Origin: an uncultured archaeon
Lineage (GTDB): Archaea > Asgardarchaeota > Thorarchaeia > Thorarchaeales > Thorarchaeaceae
DNA length: 64,000 bases
Direction: 5' to 3'
NCBI GenBank assembly: GCA_964458565.1
Contig: CAYWJO010000001.1
Location: 1-64,000 of the forward strand
Shown here: piece after piece, positions 56,493-64,000 of the stretch
How positions within the stretch are numbered: position 1 is the first letter of the stretch
Layout of the letters: each line of letters begins with the position of its first letter
Made by a program: the position numbers and the translations under genes
Notes under the pieces: generated by a model
Databases searched by the model: none
What the model saw: the letters and a program-made list of their open reading frames with translations, nothing else
Told to the model about the DNA's origin: nothing

Positions 56493-58043
56493 ATGGCATC
56501 TCAATCTGGAGGCGCAAAAATAACACCTGCAGGAGAAACTAGGCCTATGCCATCTTTGTTTCTAAGAGTATTGTCACCATTTGTCAGGGTCATGCCTGAA
56601 GTCAGGGCACCAGAAAAAGAGGTGTCTTTCAGAGAAAAAATCATGTGGACGATAATAGTCCTAATTATTTTTCTAATTATGTCCCATTTGCCGCTTTTTG
56701 CAGTGGATAAGAACACAGGGACAGACTATCTATGGGCAATGCGAGTTATTCTCGCAAGCACACGTGGTACATTGATGGAGCTGGGTATAGGACCTATTGT
56801 CACTGCAGGTCTGGTCATGCAGCTACTGTCAGGTTCGAAAATAATCGACGTAGACTTTGGTGATCCGGACGATCGAGCGTTGTTCACAGGTGGACAGAAA
56901 GTCCTAGCTCTGTTCATGACTGGTTTCCAAGCATTTGCATACATTGGGGGTAATGCTTATGGTCCTCTGACTGCCAATGCCGCAATAATTGTCTGGCTTC
57001 AGTTGATGGTAGCAGGAATCATTGTGATTCTTATGGACGAACTTATCCAGAAGGGTTGGGGGCTCGGTTCAGGAGTATCCCTCTTCATCATGACAAACGT
57101 CGCAGGACAGGTCGTGTTCAACATGTTCAACATAACTCAGTATGAAGGCGCAGCTCCGGTAGGTTACGCTGAGGATTCGACAAATCTTCCAGTAGGAATC
57201 CTCGCAGCACTGGTGACTAATCTCCTGAGAAGCGTAGGGATTGGCTCTGATGTTGGTCCACCAGTTGACCTCTCATGGTTTATGATCCGCGACGGGGTGA
57301 ATCCGAGTGTTCTCGCACTCATTGTCACGTTTGGTATATTCGCTGCAGTGATATGGTTGGAAAGCGTCCGTGTGGAGATACCATTACAGTATGCTAAATA
57401 CAGAGGCATGAAGGCTAGGTATCCCATCAAGCTGCTGTATACATCAAATATCCCGGTGATTCTTGCACAAGCACTGTATGCAAACATCATCTTCTTCGGA
57501 CAGATAATATGGAGTAACTGGAATCGGAGTGGTTTGAATCCCTTCCTGAGCTGGATAGGAATATTCCAAGAGCAGGGGAATCGGCTCGTCGCGGTGTCGG
57601 GCCTTGCGCGGTACATAACACCGCCGCAGGGCATACTCGGAATCATTAGTGAAGGCGATGGCTGGTTGCATGTCATACTCTATACCGTGATGATGGTACT
57701 TCTCTGTTGGGGATTTAGCTCCATCTGGGTTGAGATCAGTGGTATTGCACCGCGTGATGTGTCACGCCAACTCTTAGGATCAGGGTACATCGTTCCAGGC
57801 TTCAGAAGGAGCGAGAAGGTGCTTGAACGTCTGTTGGAGAGATACATCCCCATTGTGGCGGGGCTGGGAGGATTCCTTATCGGAATACTCGCGGCGACTG
57901 CAGACATTCTGGGTGCGCTTGCCAGCGGTACCGGTATCTTGCTGATGGTTTCGATTATAAAACAATACTACGAACAGATCGCGAAGGAGCAACTCGCAGG
58001 CATGGGCGGCGAGGGCGTCCAAGGGCTGTTAGGGATAATTTAG
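56493..58043 (+). CDS. secY: Preprotein translocase SecY/Sec61-alpha
   Basis: 'GTLMELGIGPIVTAG', 'KGWGLGSGVSLFI', 'YPIKLLYTSNIP', 'SGTGILL'. Confidence 0.97.
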   Translation: MASQSGGAKITPAGETRPMPSLFLRVLSPFVRVMPEVRAPEKEVSFREKIMWTIIVLIIFLIMSHLPLFAVDKNTGTDYLWAMRVILASTRGTLMELGIGPIVTAGLVMQLLSGSKIIDVDFGDPDDRALFTGGQKVLALFMTGFQAFAYIGGNAYGPLTANAAIIVWLQLMVAGIIVILMDELIQKGWGLGSGVSLFIMTNVAGQVVFNMFNITQYEGAAPVGYAEDSTNLPVGILAALVTNLLRSVGIGSDVGPPVDLSWFMIRDGVNPSVLALIVTFGIFAAVIWLESVRVEIPLQYAKYRGMKARYPIKLLYTSNIPVILAQALYANIIFFGQIIWSNWNRSGLNPFLSWIGIFQEQGNRLVAVSGLARYITPPQGILGIISEGDGWLHVILYTVMMVLLCWGFSSIWVEISGIAPRDVSRQLLGSGYIVPGFRRSEKVLERLLERYIPIVAGLGGFLIGILAATADILGALASGTGILLMVSIIKQYYEQIAKEQLAGMGGEGVQGLLGII

Positions 58044-58051
58044 CAATGGTA

Positions 58052-58085
58052 GTGGCTCGTAATAAAACGAGCCACATTCCTTTTT
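58052..58085 (+). terminator. Hairpin plus T-tract terminator
   Basis: GTGGCTCGT/ACGAGCCAC 9-bp stem followed by TTTTT. Confidence 0.7.
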
Positions 58086-58256
58086 GTTGTCAGAGTCAAT
58101 AACCATTATTTTACTTTCCGAAAACCAGATAGTAAAAGTATCAGAACAGATTTCTCTCTGTCTATTCAGGACATCAACAAAGATGATGCTAGTCGCGAAG
58201 CCCTTCTTAATCACCAACGCTACGCCCAGCTTATTCTCATCCTCTGAACATTCCTT

Positions 58257-61200
58257 TCATTCTTGGTTTCTCCAAGTTATCTCGTATTGTTTCATTAATT
58301 CTTCAACAGACATAGCTATTGAACCAGAATATTGGTCATATTGCCTCTTATCTCCAACAAGTTTGACTTTAAGGTGGCTTCTGAATGGATGAGAGAGTAC
58401 AACAAATTTCAATGACGGGCAACTAAACAGACCTGTTATGTCCAATGTCAAATGATTGAGCGAATTTAGAATCAATTTTGAAAGATGTTTTTTTTTTCGG
58501 ATAGTGGTTGCAAATCAAGAAAAGTATGCTGATTTGCACTGAGATTGAATGTATGCAACCTAGGGCAGTTCATTAATGGAGTAAGATCAATCTCACGGAT
58601 GTTATTCTTTCTAAGCAATATAACTTGGAGTTCTGTACATCTCTGAAGAGGTAACAAATCAATACGATCAAGGTTCATGTCACCTAGATTAAGATGTTCA
58701 AGGGAACCACAATCCTTGAGAGGATTCAAATCTATGTTTCCAACAAAATTAGAACCGAGGGAAAGTATCTTTAAATTACATGAACCGGACAAAGGTTTCA
58801 GGTTGATTTCTGTCATTGAATGAAATTGGCCACTAATATCGAGTTCTTCTAATAGACTACATTTTGACAAAGGGGTTAGGTCAAGATCTGAGAGCATATT
58901 CGGTCCAGCCCTATTTAGTAACAATCGCTTCAAATTGGTACAGTTAGAGATGGGATTCAAATCCAATGTTCTAAGCCTATTTCGAGATAAATCAATAGTC
59001 TCAAGTGAATCACAATCCGATAAAGAGGAGAGGTCAATTTGTGATAATCGGTTGTTTTTCAGTATTATCTCTCTTAAGGTTCTACAGCTTTTGAGAGGGC
59101 TTAAATCGCAAAAATCCAGTTCTGTATCTGAGAGGTCAATAATGGATATGTCTTGTTTGCACAGTTGACGTATTACATCATATCCTTTCAGAAATTTATT
59201 GAGTCGAGTAAGAGCGGTTTCAGATTCTGATTCTTGTCTAGCCTTAAGAGCCGCCTCTATACCAATCAAACCAATTGGTCCAAGTACCTGCATTGATGCG
59301 TCAGCCTGTTCATTTGTGCCTATTGATATGAGTTCAATCAGAGGCTCAATTACGAGTTCTCCAGAGGATTCCAAGAGACGAGCTATATCAAAATTCATAT
59401 ACTTACCATCGAGAAGCAATCGATCAATAAGAAGTTCGACAAAACTTGAGGAAGGTAAGATTGCTTTTAATCCGTTAATTATTGCAATCCTTGCTCGATA
59501 TGCGTTCGAGTGTTCCCAATCTGAATAGCGTAACATAATGAGTTTATCATATATTTGAAGTAGAAGAGATGGAATCGTTTCATCGCTATAAGATTCCAAA
59601 ATGTTGACCACAGATTCTAGTAAATCGTCTAGGCTGTGTGAAGCATGTTTCGGTGGTGCACTATCCTCTTCAACAAAATGGGGGATCAACTTCAACAGAT
59701 TTAGAAGTGAAGGCAGAATCGTTCTATCATGATGCCTTTCTAGTGCTTTTAGTAGGGTTGCATATAGTGTTGACCGGCTATAGTTGGACCTATCGAAGTT
59801 CCAATGGGTTCCAAGCAGACCTCGCAAACGTGGAAGAACACGTTCATCATCAATGCAACCCATTGCATCAACGATTTCTAATAGTGGAACTGGCTTTTCA
59901 TTTCTTGTCCAACCGTAATAATCTATGTCCTGTTTCCACTCGAATCGGAGCTCTGAGGGAGAATGAATTAGAGGAACAATCAAATCTAAGGTTTCTGGAT
60001 GTTTCGTTTCACCAAGTTGATATACACCCTCAACTAAAGCTCTGTAATTTGCAATTGAATCTATTCTCTTGTTGAAGATTCTAGTGTCATCATTATCAGC
60101 CTGTTTTTGAAATCCATATCCTTCTACAATTGGTAAATTCAGTTCAAGTTCTTTAAACCTCTCAAGAATTGTAGACAGTGTCCGCTTACTACAAAATTTC
60201 CAAACCTTCATTGCCGAAAGAACTTCGTATCCATAACTGGTTGACCAAAGCTCACGCAGGTCCACACATGATTCCTTTACAGGGAGTTCTATTTCCTCAA
60301 TCTCTCTCATTCGTGCCTGCAAAATGAGGGGGATGAGCTTTGATGCAGACGATGATCGAAAAGCGTTAATGTCAAGTCCACGAGTGGAGTTATTGTTCTG
60401 TATATAATTTTCAATAGATTGCGATATCTTATCAGACAAGTCTGAGCACAACCTATCAAAATCGTCATGATACGTTGTGTTCATTAGCACATCTTTTATG
60501 TCACCCTCGTAACCTGCATATTCATCCATTCGAAAGATTTTGAAGAAATTCCTTCTTGCATCATGTATTTCAGTAAAGTCAATCCAATCGTTTTGAAATC
60601 CCCAGTCTAATGTCATCAACTCTTGTAGAAGCGCGATTTTGACTAGATCCCATCCCTTTGTATCAATGAGTGAAATAATTTTGGTTTGATATTTATCTAC
60701 TGAGAATGACTCATCAGAATCAGCATGTAAAGAAATATCTAATTTGAAATAGTCCTTCAACCAATCAAAAAGTGGGTTTTCCGATAAAAATTCCAAAACT
60801 GCGGTCCATATCTTTGGACATGTTCGTAAGGTTGGAGTTTCATAAATAGCCTCTATTACAGGTTCAGGATGATCTGATTCATTCAGTTCAAATAACAATT
60901 CGTTAACAAATGGTTCACATAAGAGCACCGCGGGTATTTCTTTGATGGCTTCTACCATTTCTTTCGGATATACATCGTATCTAAAGCTCTCCTTGAAAGA
61001 CTCCTCGTTGCTTATCACAGCTTGTGTTATTTCACCGTCGTTTTGTAGGATTTTCAAATCAGGAAGAATCCTGTAATAGAAATCAAAAGCTTCGTTACTT
61101 TCCTTCAGGTACCCTAGCAGATAGTTCTTTAATAGATGCGCCATGTGCTCCATATTTGTCTTCTTGATAAGTTCAGGTAGGAGTTCCCAGATGAAATGGA

Positions 61201-61468
61201 ATTGCGTTTCCTCATCATCGAATACTGCATCCAATAGCAGATTCACAAGAGCTTCATTCATTTGCAGCACATCATTGCTTAGTATTTTGTCAGATAGTTC
61301 GATGATGTTTATATCATCGTTCAATAGCATATACAAATTCTCAAGCAGGGCATTCTGAACATCCATATCCGATAAAACCTCATCAGAATACAGATCAATA
61401 TCATTCCAAGCGTCTATACCAAACAGATTGAGGCTCTTCAGGAGGGCTTTCTTTTCATGCACATCCAA
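58257..61468 (-). CDS. HEAT-repeat plus leucine-rich-repeat protein; last LRR and C-terminus in the -1 frame after an A10 run
   Basis: LRR units 'LxxLxLxxNxLxxIDLxPLxxC'; main ORF 58472-61468; LRR pattern continues in ORF 58257-58475. Confidence 0.75.
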
Positions 61469-61611
61469 TTATTAATCCCCCATTGATGCTTTCATATTGT
61501 TATGCATTTCTCCCTCATGCACCAAATCATTCATGGGACACACCTACAGTATATCATGTTGATATCCGTGATTTAAGCTCATCTCATGCTTCTTCCACTT
61601 TTCAGTATGAT

Positions 61612-61647
61612 GCTGGAGATTACTCCAGCCACTCTCACTTCTTTTTT
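61612..61647 (+). terminator. Orphan hairpin plus T-tract
   Basis: GCTGGAG/CTCCAGC stem then a T-rich run, with no clear upstream + strand gene. Confidence 0.35.
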
Positions 61648-61699
61648 CCCAATAATAAATATAAGACACAAAATCCATTCACAGAATCGTGAGTTTCGT

Positions 61700-63733
61700 A
61701 TGCGCGTGAAAACACTTATTGGAATACTGATTTTTGCCAGTCTTATCATTAACATACCGAATGTAGGAGTTGAACCAAGTACATCTTGGCTCCATCCAGA
61801 ATTACCCTCAACAATGGATAGAGGAAAATCTTCCGCTTATACACCGCATGCACCGATTGTAATCACTAATGACACAGATTTTTCCACTCAAGGATGGAGC
61901 GGAAGTGGAACTGAAGAGATACCATATGTAATCGAAAATCTCTCAATTGAAAGTGATAGTTACTGTATCGCGATTTATAATACCAGTGCCAATTTTGAAA
62001 TACGAGATTGCTATCTGCGATCAATATCGGGAGATATGGGAACAGGAATATATTTTGATAATGTGACACAGGGAGCCGTGTTATATTGTGATATATCGTA
62101 TCTGGATTATGGTATACAGGCCGATTATTCCTATAATTGCTCGGTATTCCAAAATTCAATATCATACTGTAAGGGTATAGTTCTTTTTCATAGCCAAGAC
62201 ATCTTTATTGATTCAAATACGTTCTCTAACCAAGGAAACTCGTTCTTTGGATTCTATATGGATCGCATTAACTTTACAAATAACATAATGGTAGAGAACA
62301 TCACAGTTCCAATATCAGGTCTTGATCTGGACTATTCATTGATATATAACAACACAATGAAAGCAACAGGATCAACTTGTATCGGACTTGAGGAATCTGA
62401 TCTGACCAGAATTGAATTGAACAATATCTCCGGAGGAAGTTATGGAATTAAGACGGAATATTGTGGTTGGATAAATATAACCAAGAATATCATCAACAAT
62501 TCGAATGGGATTTACTTCTATCACCAGTTTATGCCAAGAATGGATGGAAACACCATCTTGAATTCTGGTAGTAGACCAATAACAATCAATTTCCCCGATG
62601 AAATACAATTCTATAAATTCCTCAGTTTTACGAATAATACATGGAATGGAAATGACATCTACTTAATTCAGGATGAATACGATTTTGTTCTTAGTGCAGA
62701 TATGGGTTTAGTCATTGTGATTGATTCGCAGTTGGTCACCATATCAAACCAGCATGATGGATACATCGACTGTTACTATTCAACTCTAATAGAGATATCA
62801 GATTGTACCTTCAATACAGGCGGGATTAGGATTGAGGAATCTGAGAATGTTACTATTAGTCACTTACAGATGAACGGAGGATCAGGAATATACCTTCGGA
62901 TATGTTGGTATGTTGACATTATTGAGAACATTATACTAAACACTGATTCAGGTATTAGCTATTATGGAGGATATTATGTAACTGTCAAGAATAACACCAT
63001 AAGAAATTGCACAAACGGCATCAGTACTTTCTATGGTGGATGGTTAAACATTACAAAGAACTTAATCGATTCTTGTGAAACTGGAATAGATCTCGGAAAT
63101 GAATTCAGTACATCTATTGTCGGTAATAGAGTATCAAACTCAACGAATAGATGCATTCGTTTGTATTCTTCAGATGAAGCGACTGTATATCTTAATTCAT
63201 TTGACGGTTTTGCAGAAGGAGTCTTTCTTGATGATCCTGAAGAACCATCAGTTTGGGATAATGGAACAGTGGGTAACTATTGGAGTGACTATGCAGGTAT
63301 AGATGCTAATTCTGATGGTATTGGGGACCAGCCATATATAATCGATACCTCCAACCAAGATAATTATCCATTGATGAGTGATGACTTAGTGCTTGAATAT
63401 CTTGGACGACCAAGTAATGGTGATGAACCCACAACCACACAAATGACTAATCCAACCACTACACCCTCGGTTTCACAAACGAGTAGCACTATAGCGACTA
63501 GTGGCTCTACACCAACTTCATCTGAGTCTTCAGTATCAATATCTATTATAACGTCGACATCTGCTTCGACATCCAGTTCATCTGTCAGCACGTCAAGAAG
63601 CACATCTACATCAACAAAACCCAGTTCTAATACTGCACAAACAAATCCAATTGATACTTTCTCAGTGATATTGATTGCAGGTGGAGCTGTATTAGTGATT
63701 GTTATAATCGTTATAATGAAGAAAAGAACATAA
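61700..63733 (+). CDS. NosD/right-handed beta-helix surface protein with Ser/Thr linker and C-terminal TM + KKR
   Basis: 'HAPIVI...F...GWSGSGT...PYVIENL', PbH1 repeats, 'GNYWSDY.G.D.NSDGIGD.PY'; start ATG 61700. Confidence 0.85.
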   Translation: MRVKTLIGILIFASLIINIPNVGVEPSTSWLHPELPSTMDRGKSSAYTPHAPIVITNDTDFSTQGWSGSGTEEIPYVIENLSIESDSYCIAIYNTSANFEIRDCYLRSISGDMGTGIYFDNVTQGAVLYCDISYLDYGIQADYSYNCSVFQNSISYCKGIVLFHSQDIFIDSNTFSNQGNSFFGFYMDRINFTNNIMVENITVPISGLDLDYSLIYNNTMKATGSTCIGLEESDLTRIELNNISGGSYGIKTEYCGWINITKNIINNSNGIYFYHQFMPRMDGNTILNSGSRPITINFPDEIQFYKFLSFTNNTWNGNDIYLIQDEYDFVLSADMGLVIVIDSQLVTISNQHDGYIDCYYSTLIEISDCTFNTGGIRIEESENVTISHLQMNGGSGIYLRICWYVDIIENIILNTDSGISYYGGYYVTVKNNTIRNCTNGISTFYGGWLNITKNLIDSCETGIDLGNEFSTSIVGNRVSNSTNRCIRLYSSDEATVYLNSFDGFAEGVFLDDPEEPSVWDNGTVGNYWSDYAGIDANSDGIGDQPYIIDTSNQDNYPLMSDDLVLEYLGRPSNGDEPTTTQMTNPTTTPSVSQTSSTIATSGSTPTSSESSVSISIITSTSASTSSSSVSTSRSTSTSTKPSSNTAQTNPIDTFSVILIAGGAVLVIVIIVIMKKRT

Positions 63734-63858
63734 TCTATAGAACCCGAATTAGTGGCCAAATTCAACAATCAGAATGATGTCTTTGTGTTCTTTTCCAGCC
63801 ACACCCTCCTTTTTTTTCTATACACAAAGTTCGAGAGAGTAAAACAATGAAGAAGAAT

Positions 63859-63999
63859 TCATTTCAGTAATTTCTTGAGCCGCAGTTTTTCATCAGGTTC
63901 AAGAAATCGATATCCGTCCATCTTTTCAATGGGTACATCAAGTGCCGGGCCAATACATTTCGCATGATGCCATCGATATGTTAGATGGTCTTCGTATAA
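63859..63999 (-). CDS. Partial gene (3' end only): PARP-type zinc-finger C-terminal half
   Basis: Hand translation LYEDHLTYRWHHAKCIGPALDVPIEKMDGYRFLEPDEKLRLKKLLK*; runs off the window edge. Confidence 0.6.
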   Translation of the reverse strand, partial: LYEDHLTYRWHHAKCIGPALDVPIEKMDGYRFLEPDEKLRLKKLLK

Positions 64000-64000
64000 G

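Noticed and set aside
46138-58392. Many antisense ORFs of 60-170 aa across the ribosomal operon and elsewhere
   Set aside because: They are shadows of well-supported sense genes, with no motifs or SD support
1-64000. Transposases, integrases, proviral genes, rRNA
   Set aside because: No such motifs or terminal repeats were recognised in the window

Overview
Archaeal chromosomal window of roughly 40% GC. The gene set (archaeal LeuRS, two TFBs, GGGP synthase, roadblock/LC7, single-domain Get3, LRR/HEAT and beta-helix surface proteins, Sec machinery) suggests an Asgard archaeon, probably Thorarchaeia; this is inference, not a database result. It holds a compact selenocysteine locus (pstK facing selB-sepsecS-orf220-tRNA-Sec; the tRNA has a UCA anticodon and a 9/4 fold) and a uL22-to-secY ribosomal operon that carries an inserted hsp20. 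It also holds hdrA-mobA, hypD, endA, uppP, map and aIF1, plus variable regions at about 0-2.6, 10.4-16.5 and 58-64 kb. Four genes missed by the ORF track were read from the sequence: rpoP, uS14, a 32-aa membrane peptide coupled to get3, and a partial PARP-type zinc-finger gene at the right edge. The best leads are the unknown ORF inside the Sec operon, large structured leader RNAs (uL22 operon, secY, both tfb genes), the get3-coupled micro-protein, a single-cyclin-box TFB derivative and a poly-A frameshift in an LRR gene. RNA folds were paired by hand and need computational confirmation.
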